Shown here: piece by piece, positions 1-13,774 of the stretch
How the letters are laid out: every line of letters begins with the position of its first letter
Position numbering within the stretch: the stretch's first letter is position 1
NCBI GenBank assembly: GCA_012295275.1
Contig: CM022667.1
Coordinates: forward strand, 22,072,001-22,136,000
Direction of reading: 5' to 3'
DNA from: Chrysomallon squamiferum
Lineage: Eukaryota; Animalia; Mollusca
Length of the DNA: 64,000 nt
The notes under the pieces: model-generated
What the model was told of the DNA's origin: nothing
Seen by the model: the letters and a program-made list of their open reading frames with translations, nothing else
The model's database searches: none
Made by a program: the position numbers and the translations under genes

Positions 1-326
1 TGTTAATTTGAAAATAACATTAGTGGTATGTACTGAAAAGTCTGCAGACAATATTTTTTCACAGTATTTTATCTTCCTTCAATTCTTCTTTTTTCTTTTC
101 TTAAAGTATAGTTTTAATTTAAAATATTATTAATATGAACCAGTATTATGCAATAAATTCTTCTTCTATTAATATCATTGGATTCAGGCAGAGTTAATGC
201 TTCCAAATCACGACTGGTCACAGGAGACATTCCAACATTAAATCAACAAACCAAGTATCTAAATCTGGATACAATGCATCAGAATGATACTGAAGGTTTA
301 GACTTTAAAACGAAACTATCCTTCAT

Positions 327-440
327 CTAACTATTACAAATAGGGACATCTCGTCCTTTACCTAACTATTATAGTACAAACAGGGAAATCACATCCTTTA
401 CTAATTACAATCAGTGACATCTCATCTGCTACCTGATTAT
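327..440. repeat. Degenerate minisatellite, about 3 units of 35-40 bp
   Basis: CTAACTATTACAAATAGGGACATCTCGTCCTTTAC-like unit repeated with divergence. Confidence 0.6.
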
Positions 441-999
441 AGCAGTAAATTATCTCTATTTCTTGTCCTGAAATAACTATTATTGACAGTTTAAAAATAT
501 ATATATATATATTATAGATTTTTAATTAAGTATGTGAAAGCAATTGCACTGAATTTAATTTCATATAATATATAATAGTGTACATCAATGACAGAATAAT
601 AAATGTTTTATTTATTATCTTTTATATGCCATTTATTTTCTAATTTAGTAAAAGAAAAAGAAGAGTAATTCTTGATTATAAAAGTATATACGGGTGAACC
701 ATATTTATTATGGTATTTATGGACTTCAATGACAAGAATGTAATAAAGTTTTAACTAAAATAATACAATTTACTTTTAAAAACATCCCAGATAGGTTGGT
801 ACTCAGTTTATTAACAATCAACTGAATAAACCACTTTATGACATTGTATGGTTAATAATGAATTTTTCATCAATTCACAAGATTGAAGCAATAACCAGTA
901 ATCACCATTCTTTGATGTGTAATATTAATATCTGCTTTACTGATACAGAATTATTTAAACTAAAAGGTATTTAATAAACATGAGGCTGTTTTAACAAAT

Positions 1000-1147
1000 C
1001 TAGGAAAAAAGTCACAGGAAAAAGATTCCAGAAAAAAAAACCCACAGCAAAGTCACAAAATAAATGTAATATTTAACCCTCAGATAAACTAACAAAGCCC
1101 TGATATAAATAGTTTATTTCATATTAATTATATATGGTGACTTTTCC
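1000..1147. mobile_element. Degenerate fragment of the GGAAAAAAGTCACA MITE family
   Basis: TAGGAAAAAAGTCACAGGAAAAAG...AAAGTCACA on the left and GTGACTTTTCC on the right. Confidence 0.5.
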
Positions 1148-2576
1148 AAAGTTTAGATGCAGACTGTGGTAAACAGTAAATGATACAGGTTCCAAAAGGA
1201 CAGTTCCAGGGAGGTAAATTAACTGCCACTGTACAGTGTTTCAACTGTTAACTTTGGTCTTGGAAAAACATATTAATTTTAGAGTTGCTGAACTGTAATG
1301 TATCAACAAGATAGAGATTTGTCCTTTTGCAAACCCAAGATAGCAATTTAATTTCAATATGTAATCTGCAGTACCATTTGTCATCTGTCAACAAGATAAA
1401 TTTATATCTATATCTTCTTGTAAAATAAATTTTAAACTCTTTTAAAGTGTAAATAAAATATATAGCCTATATTTGAATAAATTTATTTAAAATTACTATG
1501 CAGCATTAAATAATTTTAAAATACAACACAGTAAGATAAATTTAAACTGTTAACAATAACAGTAATAATGATGACAGTAATACTTATAAAATTAAGAAAA
1601 TAGTGATAAAAAGCAATATTTAATTTTAAATGTAAAGCAAAAAGAAATTAAAAAGGAAAATAAATAACTATAAAAATTATTATAAATAATTGATGATTGT
1701 TGTTTTTTCTATAACAAAAATATAAATAAATTTAAATAAAAAGGGGAATAAATTCAAATTCCTACAACCTTATTTTATTGTACAACAAATAAAAACATTT
1801 AAATGTTTTCTTTTGCAAATTACAAAAAATAAAATAAAAATAAAAATAAAATAATAATAATAATAAATAAATTAATTAATTAAAAAAAGTAAAGGAAAAA
1901 GAAAAGAGATCTTCAGTAGCCATCACATTTTAATCTTAAAAATTCTATGATAATAATTTAAAAAATAAAAATATTTTAATTTTCTTTTCTAAATACTTCT
2001 GAAAGACCTACATAGAAACTAAATGCTAAAAGTACTTTTCTCTGACAAAGACAGAAATACAAGCAGTAATGTATTTTTTCTCTTTTTGAAAGCAGATATT
2101 TATATACGTGAAGAAATAGCCCAGAACATACTACTGATGAATATCAAGAGGAACATACTGTACAATGAGGGATGGAGAGGATGATTAACTGTTGACCACA
2201 GGCTCTTCACTCAAATATCAACATGTCATACAAGCTTTAAATACTCTATAGATTTCTGTTCTGTGAACCCTTCAATTTCATTTTAAAGGATAGCTTTTGT
2301 GATACCTTAAAAAACATTATGAATACATCTGATATAGTTCCAAATCATAGTTTTATGTTTATAGCAACCTATCTTTAAAAGTTATGACTATAAAACAGTA
2401 AAGAGCCTCAAATTTATTTTTCTCTTTATTTGTAATGTCTTTTCATTAAGAAACTACATCTCTGATTTTAAACAAAAACCATTACAACATTAATTTATTA
2501 ACCTAAATCTTACTAGGGTTTGTGTTATACTTCACATAACAAATACATTTATGAATGCAAGTCCAAAAATGCATAG

Positions 2577-2942
2577 GCAGATAACAATTCCCCAGTGGAT
2601 ATGCAAGGTAGGATAAAAGCCCCCTTAGTGAAAAATCAAATAGGACAAAAGCTGCTTTATTAAATCATAGTCCATACCTTTATCGATGGCATGACAGTCA
2701 GTTTAAAGTGTTTGCTTGATCAACTTAATTAATTACCACGAAATAATGGTGATAACAGTCAAAATTAAGCTGAAGGATATACTCTCAGTTTACTTGGATG
2801 AATAACTAATTACATAAATTTCATTACGGGAAATATTAAACAGTGACAGAATATCTTTTTTTTTATGTATGGTGGGTTTTTGCATTTCTACTTGGGGGGC
2901 TTTTGTCCACCTCTGCATTTTTGGATTCAGAGGCTTTTGTCC

Positions 2943-2948
<6 letters not shown>
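2577..2948. mobile_element. MITE with repetitive inverted ends (GGACAAAAGCCCC units)
   Basis: GGATAAAAGCCCCC and GGACAAAAGC at ~2611-2652 are inverted against GGGGGGCTTTTGTCC and GAGGCTTTTGTCCC at ~2894-2943; boundaries approximate. Confidence 0.6.
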
Positions 2949-2978
<30 letters not shown>

Positions 2979-3035
2979 TACAGATATATATACACAGATA
3001 TAACACACACAAAGACATATATACACATATACACA
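2944..3035. repeat. (TATACA)n microsatellite
   Basis: Direct reading; it is the source of the YTYTYT and YMYMYM ORFs. Confidence 0.85.
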
Positions 3036-4159
3036 ATATAAAAATAAATATGATAAATCATTTTATATAAATTAATTTAAAACCCATTATATGTTCATAT
3101 TTCAGTCCTTTTTTATTTTTTTGGTTTGTTATTTATTATTTTATTTTAAATTAGAATAAATATGAAAAATTGTTTTGATTACTTTTAGTTTATATCTTAC
3201 ATATAATAATAGGTAGTATATATATATAACTTTTATAAAAACTTCACTGTTGTGGATTCTTTATTTTTGCACTTTCCATGTTTAAATATCTGTAATAACG
3301 AAGAAAATAAATTAAAATAATTTACATTTTGCCAAAAATCACAACTGATGATGTAAAAACATTTTTATTTTATTGATTTATTTGTTTGTTTTTGTTTGTT
3401 TGTTTGTTTGTTTGTGCTCAGTCTCCTTTCATTTTGCTTATTATCTCTTATTCTATTTCTGCCTGTATAAACCAGCAATTTTTAAAGCAACAGTTTTAAC
3501 AGAAAAATATGAACAATGAATGATAAAGCAGATTAACTACCTATAATTTTAATTAATGAAAATAATTTTTTGACATGACAGTTGTATCTTATACTAAGTG
3601 ACTCAAGATATTTTTATTATGTAAATATTTAATATATCATGTAGAGGTGAAGCAGAGTTCCTAAACTAATGGCTCTTCTCTTATATGTAATTATCACAGA
3701 TAATGCTCACCTGTCAGGAAGAATGGAATTACAGGTAGATGTTGTATAAATGTGACAAGCAGACAAACAGCTCAGATAAATGAACATCATTCTGGGTCAA
3801 AAGGTCATCAACAGTTGTTCTCTCTGGTTAATGAGATTAATTTGGCAGTACATTGTCAATGGAAGATGAGAAACAATCCAAACCCCTCTGTTATGACAGC
3901 TTAAAAGCTCAGACAAACATACACTGTGATACATATATTATATAATACATTTTTTGGAGATACATTTGCTGTCTTAGTTATCAGAATGCTTACAGAAATA
4001 ATTCATAAAACGTCAGATAATTTTGATCACACACACACACACACACACACTTTAATAGGTCTTAAATAACTAACCTGTTCTCTTCAAACTTAATTTTACT
4101 AGAAACATACAGCTGCTATGCTTTGTTCCACTTCCATACATTATAAAATTTATAAAGAA

Positions 4160-4207
<48 letters not shown>

Positions 4208-4722
4208 ATAAACCTAGTAGCAATTATTGTGTTATTTTAATTATTCACCCATCTTTAATACAAACATTACGAAAATTATTATTACTTATTTACACTTATT
4301 TAACTAATTTCCACTTTACTGTAAATGTTTATTTATATTCAGCATATTTGCTTTTTAAAAAATTATTATTTGCCAGTATTTTCTAATTTACAGTTCACAA
4401 TTTTATTAACATTATTCTTATAAAACACTGACCTCTTAATTTTTTATGAAACAGCATAACAAAGTTTATATGTCACAACAGGTTCAATATTTCCCAGTCT
4501 TGTGTTTAAATGAATTTGTTCAACTGATTTACAACACTAACAGACATTCCATGAATTAATTACCAAGCTGTAATGCTTTCTGACAGACTGTTAAAATGTA
4601 CTTCTCTGATACCAAGTTATGAGATGATAGCTAGAACACATAGGAAAGGGAAAGTGTGTATGAGTGTGTGCATGTACATATAGACACACATTTATTTATA
4701 TATAAATGTAGGATGTTTTGGT

Positions 4723-5038
4723 GGTGGCTGGAAAAAAGTCACAAAAAATCACAATTTAGTATAGGAAAAAACTCACAGGAAAAAAAGTCACCAAATGTAT
4801 GGGTTTGTAGAGTATTGAATGTGGCATCATAATATGCATGGGGTAATTGTTAACCTTATTGATTAGGCTAGATTAAAGAAAGGGGCTTCATATTGTGCAG
4901 GGGTGGTGACTTGTTACTCTAATGAATTAGGATCAGTTTGGCAGAATTATGTCTAGCTTACCGATTAGGATAGATCTTAATAACAAAATTGTGACTTTTT
5001 TCCTGTCATCTTTTTTCTGTGACTTTTTTCCTAGAATC
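4723..5038. mobile_element. MITE with repetitive TIRs (GGAAAAAAGTCACA units), probably MULE-derived
   Basis: Several GGAAAAAAGTCACA-like units on the left and TGTGACTTTTTTCC units on the right; degenerate 8-bp flanks GTTTTGGT / ATTTTGGC. Confidence 0.7.
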
Positions 5039-6288
5039 ATTTTGGCTATGGACATTTCAGCCTAAAACATTTATATCCTAACATTATTACATTCTGAAAG
5101 CAAATGCACATTCAGCCAACAGCACAAAAATAAAGAAGAAATTAAATAAACCATCATTGTCACAGTAAATCATCTCCTAGACTAATACATCTGACAGTTT
5201 GATAAAGATGTGGAGTCATGAAACAGTTCTTCTAACATGCTATATAAACTCAACATTACACTGACTATGGAATGATTCCAAGAAAGTGTACACCTCACAT
5301 CTTTTCCAAAGCCAAGACTTTTTAAATTTCAAAATGCAATGATCTCTTTCCCAATCTTAAAACCTAGATCAGATTATAATATACAGAATAGAATATAAAT
5401 AGCCAGATTTGTAGTGTTATTTAGAAATTGAACTGAAACTGTATTTAAAAATGGTAACCATTACCAGATTACCATCATACATGATAATTTGATGATTAAT
5501 ATTAATAGTAATCCTTTTATAGTGAAAATAATATTAATAAATTATTTGATTATTTACACATATTTTGAACCTTCTTTTTGTTTTTCTTCCTTTTTCAGAA
5601 ATTTAAAATCTCTGACATCTGATTTGGATTTTGCTGATTGGTTCATCTAGGAATATGACATCTTAATAATTTTGTTGTCAAAGAAAAGACCTAGCAATAA
5701 ACTGGCAATAACTTGAACAGATAAAAAAAAATAAAAATAAAAATAAAGAAGAAGAAGAAGACAGTAATGAAATAATAGAATGTGAAAAAGAATATTCAAC
5801 TGAGCAAATACCAGATATGCTGACAGCCTTTCTTTCTATTGAAATCTTTTTTCTTTTTGTCACATAATGGAGACACTTTCCACTGATAGATCATTTTAAT
5901 AGTGTCACAGTCATCCACTTCATCAGACATTCTTCTTTTCTCTGTATTAGCCTAAGTAAACAGTTGACGACAGCCCACCTTCATCTCACACCTTTGATTT
6001 CTTTTCTCCTTTTTCACCAGAACCAATCATTCAAAACTACAATGTTTGGGCAGTCAATGTTTGACAAAGCATGAGGGGATAAGAAATCTATAAAAATGTG
6101 TTACTGAATTAGTTAAGATGCATATAAATAGTTTTGTCCAATAGCAGTTGTAGTAGCTGAATAAACAAACTTGAGACAACATCCACCTATCATTAGCAAT
6201 GGAAAAAAGGTGATGGCAGGTACTGAATCAGATAATCCTTCCTGCAACAATAGAATACTCTCCCTGGTGACTATCAGAATCAATATAG

Positions 6289-6495
6289 AGGATTGATAAA
6301 TAAGGAAAAATCCAATGAAGTTGAATTTTGTTATATTAAATATAATTTATATATATATATATATATATATATTCCAGAAAAGATTCAACAATTTTTTATT
6401 TTTTTTTCTTAATATTAGTATTATTCCTACTCTTCTTCTTATCACAAAGCAGGACTGATAAATAAGAAAAACCAATGAAGTTGCATTTTGTTATT
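6289..6495. repeat. Old local duplication of a ~45-bp motif
   Basis: GATTGATAAATAAGGAAAAATCCAATGAAGTTGAATTTTGTTAT (~6290) versus GACTGATAAATAAGAAAAACCAATGAAGTTGCATTTTGTTAT (~6452). Confidence 0.6.
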
Positions 6496-7336
6496 ATCAT
6501 ATTATTATAATTATTCCTTCATCTTCTTCTTATTATTATTAATATTGACTTATGGTCTATGACACATCCTTGCGACATCTGATTGAGATATAATTATATT
6601 TCTCTGATTAAGTATTTCAGTTTTAACAAGTTTCATCAAATTTTTAACAATGAAAAATAAATTTTACTTTATGGCAAATATCACATGCCATTCAGTGATT
6701 TTTTGCTTTTTATTTTATTTGTTTTTATTTATGTTCTATCAAACTAACTCATGGTGCCAGAACAAATAATACATACAATAAGTTGTTCTGTTTGTGTGGC
6801 ACTGTGAAAATGAAGATTTCTTCCTGCCAACAGCATTCCTCATTACTCTCTCACAAATCTCATATTTACAACAAAACATTTGACAAAATATTATTTTCTT
6901 TTCCTTCATGCTTAAAACTTTTCTTTTTCTTATTCTTTTTCATTACACCTGGCATTTTGCAATCATTCAAAAAAGAGAGATGATACTTTGAAATGTGTCT
7001 AACTTACATAAATCTAGGAGGGGTTTGCAATAAAAAAGCTGAAACAATGTTTTTTATTGTATAATGAGGACATTGCACTGCATAAAAGTCACTTTCTTGT
7101 TGCCTGCCACCTGTGACACCTACAACAGAAGTGACACTGCCACACATTGTAAATAAAAGATGTATCCAATTATTCTGGGAAAAAAACAACCAAAAAAACA
7201 CGAAACATTTAATAATAAATGAATACTGGAATTTGTTTTAAATTAATATAATAACACAGTAAATAAAAATAATTCTTTAAGAATTAATTTTTCAATTTAA
7301 AGGCAAAACTATATCCACTAGGTTAAAAATGGTAAA

Positions 7337-7790
7337 CAGAAAGAAAGAAACTTGAAATAAAGAAACAGGAATGAAAGAAACAATTTTGGCTAGGAAAAAA
7401 AGAAACTGGAAAAAAGAAATGGAAAGAAAGAAACAGTTTTATTCACAACAAATTTATTCTCATAAGCACTTGGTCATATGATAAGTGTCCAACTCCAGCC
7501 AAAAACTCAGGAAAGGACTTGGAACTGTTGACACGGTCCTGGCACAAGGATTTGAGTCTCCTCTGAGGCGAATATGACCCTTGTTCTTGCACTTCTTCAG
7601 GGGGCGCCAACTGCATCCTGTTGAAGAATGGTGCATAGATTGGATTCTTCACGCTGGAACCACTGGATAACTTTCCAGATAGAAGGATGATGATGGCCAA
7701 CCATGCTGAAAAACTTATTGTTCCACTCTTCACAAATGTTGTTCATTGGGTGGCCATCATGCACAAATTTTTGATTCACCATTCTTACTC
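7337..7790 (-). pseudogene. Mutator/MULE transposase C-terminal remnant with its repetitive terminal region
   Basis: Frame 7597..7782 reads NNICEEWNNKFFSMVGHHHPSIWKVIQWFQREE, matching the MULE C-terminal TNNxxEGWxxxF...HPxIW..I..L..EE motif. It continues after a frameshift as QRRLKSLCQDRVNSSKSFPEFLAGVGH. Tandem ~15-bp GAAAGAAAGAAAC units follow at 7337-7437. Confidence 0.8.
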
Positions 7791-10700
7791 TTGATGACCT
7801 CCATAATAATTTTATTCACATATTTGTGATATTTATTCTAATCATGGCACTAATGATTCTGAGGAATGGTGCTCCCTCACATCTTTGATACTGATATCAT
7901 GGGTAATTAAATTGGAAGCCACCCGGAAGGCCATATATGGGATAAGATAAAGGGATAGATCTGAGGACATAAAGAGAAGGGATTATCCTTTGAATGGGTC
8001 AATTATAGAATGGCTTCTTAAAGAAATGATAACTGAGACATTTAAAGAACACTCTGAATAGGTCAAGGACTCAATGACAAATAAAACTCAACTGGGTAAG
8101 TTAATTTGGAAATTGTCTTATGTTAGAGATATAGATTGACATAGTGTTTATGGTTATTATCAGTTGGGAATGATAATTAATGGGTGACAGGTGCATATTT
8201 TAAAAAAAATAAAAAATGTTCTTCTCTTTTTTTACATAGAAAAATATATAGCTGGTTTATAACAAAACATTCTTCACCAAATGCTTAAAATATAAACTGT
8301 GAATATTACAAACCCATTTTAAAAAACCCAAATAAAAACAAAAAATAAAACATTATTTATCTAACATACTAGTGATGAAAATAAGATTTGTTTTCTAACA
8401 GATATCATCTTCAACATTATACCATTGGAAAGCCTTCTTCAAATCACTAAATAACTTTTTTGTTAACAATGAAAAATAAGATTTTTACAAGACTTAACTC
8501 AAAACATATCTGTGTGCTTTATCCAATTTATATCTGTCTTCACATATGAGTTTAATTTATCCAAAGCTGTGCCATAAACTAGGTTATCTAACAAACACAA
8601 ATTTTCAGTTTGATGCTGAGCTGATATGAAGAAATACATCAGTAACTGCTGATTCTCTGGCTTCAACAATGTTAGAGACCTTGCTACTGCCATAAAAACT
8701 TGTATTACCTTTTGTAATTGAAATTCTTCTGAGGAACATATAATATTAACAAAACCAAAAGTTTCATCGGATATAGTGATGAAGCAAATTGCACAAACAT
8801 AGACATAGCCAATATAGAGATTCTTCAGAGACATGAGTAATTAAGTTATCATCAGGATGTAAGAAATCATTATCTAACAGGTGCTTTTCCCAGATATCAA
8901 CACAGAAAGAAGAGATTATGAAACATGCAGTGCAATCAAGATTCTCCTGGACAAGATCAACTCAGCCTTGAAGGCCTGACCTTGTTGATACTCTTCAAAG
9001 AGAAAAAAAAAATCACTGAAATTTGCCAATTTATTTGCTCATTCACTTCTCAGAGAAACTGCCTGTTTTTGTACATTTTGCCACGAGACAGCCAAGACAA
9101 TAGATCTGGTTGAGATGGATCTAATACCAATTCAAATAACACAATCTCTTTTCTAAATCAATGCATGCATTCTAAATGAATTTTTAATGTTAATAGTTGC
9201 AGGTGACAATTCCTGCAAAACGATTTTATAAGACAGAAAACACTCTGTAGACACTCAACAGACTATTTTTAATGATTGGAATGAATGTTTACAAACACCA
9301 ACTTACACAGACTATTAGGTGTCATATAAAAAAGTAAGTTAAAAGATCTGTTATACAATTATATAAAAATACAATTCAGAGTATGCACTGTCTGAATTGT
9401 AAAGTTACAGAAGGCAGTGAAATTTTTATCTAGATTTACATTTTATATAGGTTATCTAATAGAAATAGAGAACAGAAAATGATTTGTGTTAAATGAACAG
9501 ACAGTTCCTTCTTGTTAAGTTCCAATTTTTATTATTATTGTTATTTGAACACACAAATATCCACATACACACACATACATATTACTGTTATTTTATTATT
9601 ATTACTGACTTTTCATCTTTCAGTCTGAAAATCCCATTTCTTTGCATTCAAGTGAGAGCAACAAAAAAGGTGGCAAAATTAATTAGGAGAAAAATCCACT
9701 AGTCAAGAGAGGCTGAATATAATGAAGAGAACTCAGACACATTTGGATGAGTCAGTTTATAATGGAGAAAAAAAAGAGTTTTCTTTTTACTAATGACTAG
9801 CCATGGCATGAATGTTTTACTTTTTATAGTAAGTGAAAATAATGAAATAATAGTGAAAATATTTTCATGATGACATTTACATTTTTAAAGTAATAGTAAA
9901 AAAATGTAACCATTCTTAAAATTAATAATCAGTCCATCAACCAACAATAATTCTTCATGAACATTATTCATGATGTATACATATAAAAGACATAATTAAT
10001 TTTCATAATTGGATACATTTACTGTATTTTTGAATAGCTTTTAACATACATATTGAAATATAGAACATAAAAAAGAATACTAAAACTAAGTAACTAAATA
10101 AATAAATAATAACAACAAACAAACAAAAATAGAAAGAAAAACTAGAGGTAACAAACGTAAATAAAATTCAAGACATCAAACTAAATCAACAAAATCTGAA
10201 GAGATTAACTCATTATAAACATAAACACTGAAGGAATCTGATAGATGGAGATATTTAATTATTTCAAAGCAGGAATATGGTAATGAAAATTTCCAATAGC
10301 AATGAATAGCACATGGGGGAAACCCATAATTATTGTCATCTAATTGGAGCCTACCACTGACATTAATTAAACCTGTCAACATAACCTATCTACCAATTTA
10401 AGGAAAACAGGCAAAAAAGATGAAAACAGAATGATTTCCTAAATATGTCCCAATATATTAAAATAGACAAAAAAAAAAAAAAAGTAATTCTAAATAATAC
10501 TTTAATTGGATCCATTACAATAATAATAAAACTTTTTAACCTCATCATTATATATTTTTTTATATATATATTTTTTTATATTATATAATTGTTATTTCAA
10601 TCTAACGAGATATTTGTAAAGCATAGATACAAATACAAATATGCATTTGAGTGTTTCTAGTAAGCTGGGAGTGAAATGAATTATTTCTTCTGTGTTTTTA

Positions 10701-12338
10701 AGGAATATGTTCTCTAAGGAAACAAATATGTAAAATCAGATATTTGGAAACAAAAGAAACATAAAGTGTCTGCCCTAGTTTTGCAACAGTAGCATTTACA
10801 AGCACCTGGAGATATCTGGAACATTCCATTCAGAAACCTCTACTCAGTACAAATTAGAATCCATTAAGGACATAGGTTTTATTTATAGACATAATTAGAC
10901 TGTAAAAAAGGAAAATGGTATTCAATTTTTATTACACTCAGCTGATGATTTCAAAGTGATGTGCACCTTTCTAATGAACCTGTATTGCAAATATGCACAC
11001 TCCCAGTTCTGTCATGTGTGTTAATGTTTTATTTTTCTTAATTTAATCTGGGTTTTGTTTCGCTCTATTTATCTTTTCTTTTCGCAGTTATATTTTATTA
11101 TGGTTTCCCTTTTATCTGAATTTTTTTGAATTCGTTAAATCCAGCAAACACTTTCTCAGAAGAAAATTAAGAGTAGTAATACAACTTAAAAAAAAAAAAA
11201 TAATATTTGTATACAATTCCTTAAATATATTTTCTAACTAAGGATATTTTTCACAGAAAAGGCTCCAAATGTTTTCACTTCCTAACTGGATTTACACAGA
11301 ACTCAAATGCCACTGAATTCTGAACCATACCACACTGCTCTGTTACAAAAGTGGAAATTTAAAATAACATTCATTATAGATGAAAAACTTAGAAATCATG
11401 ACAGAATAATGTAATATATTGTCACAAATAAAGAAACATGGATATCTGTTATCAGAGACAGCATGTGTAGAATTAAATATTTTAACAGACAAGACCTGAT
11501 TAATTCTGACAAAATTACAGTTGTAATTCTTTGTCTTCCAAAGCTGCCATTATCCATGCCTGGAAGCAACAATCAAACAGTTGATGAATAAGAAAGTGAT
11601 GTGAGGAGACCATAGTTTGTGACCACTTAGTACTATGCCTAATTAGATACGGCATTCCAACACTCTGGACAGCCTCCAAGCATTTTATCAGGCTTAAAGC
11701 TTCTGGCTTATTCCAAGATTCATTCATGCTGGTCCAACCAGTAAAACCATGAAATTAAAGAAATCATATTGCAGTTTTAGTGATGGATTTATGTGACCAG
11801 ATATTTATAAGACTTTTTTCAAAGCTTAATTTTAAATTTAAAAAAAATTATAGTTGGTCTAATATTTTAGAAATAACCAGCAGTGAAAAATATTTCATGT
11901 TTATAAAATAAATAACTTTTTTAACATTAAAAAAAATAGTAGAAAAAGGACTGTCAAAGAAAAGATATATAAACCATTAATGCAAAAGCTTATATTGAGT
12001 TACCTGATAAGATGAAGTTAGAACAGAATTTATATAAATAAAATCATTAAAAAAAATAATAATAATAGTAAATAAATAAAAAAAACAGATATATAACCTT
12101 TAACTTTTTGTTTTGTTTTGATATCTCTGTTTGAAAAGTAACTTTTATTATCACCCATCAGTTTATTTTACAATGTCTCTACAAGTCAATCTTAAAGAAA
12201 GTTAACAACATACAATGGTGGCTGAATTGTGGCTGAAAAACTATTCAGACATATTTTGTTGCAGATTTTCCACACAAACTTTCTTCTCCATTTCATTTAA
12301 GACCTACAGAGAATGATATATCACTCACTGGTGAAAAG

Positions 12339-13740
12339 GGCTTAGTCCCATATGGTTGAATCCCATTTCGTAGAAAGGCTAAATGTGGTTCAGTGGTCTT
12401 ATTGACATGTTTGGTTTTACCTCAGTCGTTTTAATGAACTGCTCCAGATTATTTGGAAAGCAATTATTATTGTATAAATACAGTAACATCTCGCTTAACG
12501 ATACCACGCTTTAACAATCTTTCTTCTTTACAAATTATATAAATAGAAATTTAATTTAATAGTTAATTGCTCAAAATAAATGATACATATGTATACAGTG
12601 CATGTTTTTAAGTCCTTTTTCTTTAATTTTTCGTTCATTCACGAGCTTCTCTCAGTTGTGTTGATCAGTTGACACGTCATATGTGCATCTGATATTCTGA
12701 TTCTCTTTTGTCTTCTGCTTTGATTTAGACTTAAACTTGTTTGTAATTTACCCTTCCAATATGTCAAAACGAATAACAGTATACCGGCAAATGCTGACGA
12801 TAAAAGAAACAGAAGATAATAACTTTAGAAACAAAATACATTATCTTAAATGAAACCAAAACCCACAATGAGCGGCATATACTTATTTCTTAATGTATTT
12901 GTATAAATTGATTTGTAAATGATTTACTGTTTATTTAATATCTACAATCTATTAAATCATTTATGTCTAAACTGCTGTTTTATTTCTCCTTATTTCACCT
13001 TTTTTTTTATGTCAGATCTCATCAGCGAGAAAGTAACCACTGCTTTTAACCTTAATTCAATGTAAATTAGTCTCCTGCTTACCTCACTTAATTATTGGAA
13101 GTTTTGGAACCAATTACATCTTTAATCTGAGGTATTATTGTAGTATGGATATTGCTTATCGCATAAAGTATGCAAATATGACAAATATCGAAATAATCTA
13201 TGTATCAAATATAGTGAATGTAAATAATTAAAAAAGAAGGTATTTATCTAAAAGTATTCCCAATGATTTGGTCCTTCGTATAAACTTTTTCAGACATAGC
13301 CAAAGTATTTGCAGGTCATAATATCTTTAGTGTACACACTATTAATATACTATGTCACATATATTGTATAATATGTGCATAATGTAAATGTGACCAGTAA
13401 CAGATATCTTGTACATGTTTAAGCTGAATACGGTTGAATTCGAAAAGTTAATGATAAATGTAACGTTCAAATACTCTATTTACTGAATATAAGTAAATTA
13501 CTCATATGTAAAATATGTTTTGTTAAAAATTATATTTGCTTAATTAGTTATTTATAATATTTTTGTCGTATTCTCTTACAGAAGCAAGCCATTTTTCTTT
13601 TCTTTCATTCTTTTTTCGTTTTGTATTTTAACAGATAGATGAAATTGATGTAAAATTGTTTATTATTGGTTGCTTGTTTTGTAATGGAAATGAAATGTTT
13701 ATGAATTAGAAATGACCAGTTAAAAAAAAAAAAAAAAAAA

Positions 13741-13774
<34 letters not shown>

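Noticed and set aside
327-440. Spaced ~36-bp repeats superficially like a CRISPR array
   Set aside because: Degenerate head-to-tail units without unique spacers, in a eukaryotic intron with no cas genes.
8499-8834. 111-aa minus-strand ORF as a possible downstream (transmembrane) exon
   Set aside because: No recognisable domain and no suitable phase-1 acceptor found; consistent with a chance ORF.
11515-11727. 70-aa ORF as candidate exon 6
   Set aside because: Phase-1 readings from nearby AGs give an immediate stop or a non-hydrophobic peptide without a good donor.
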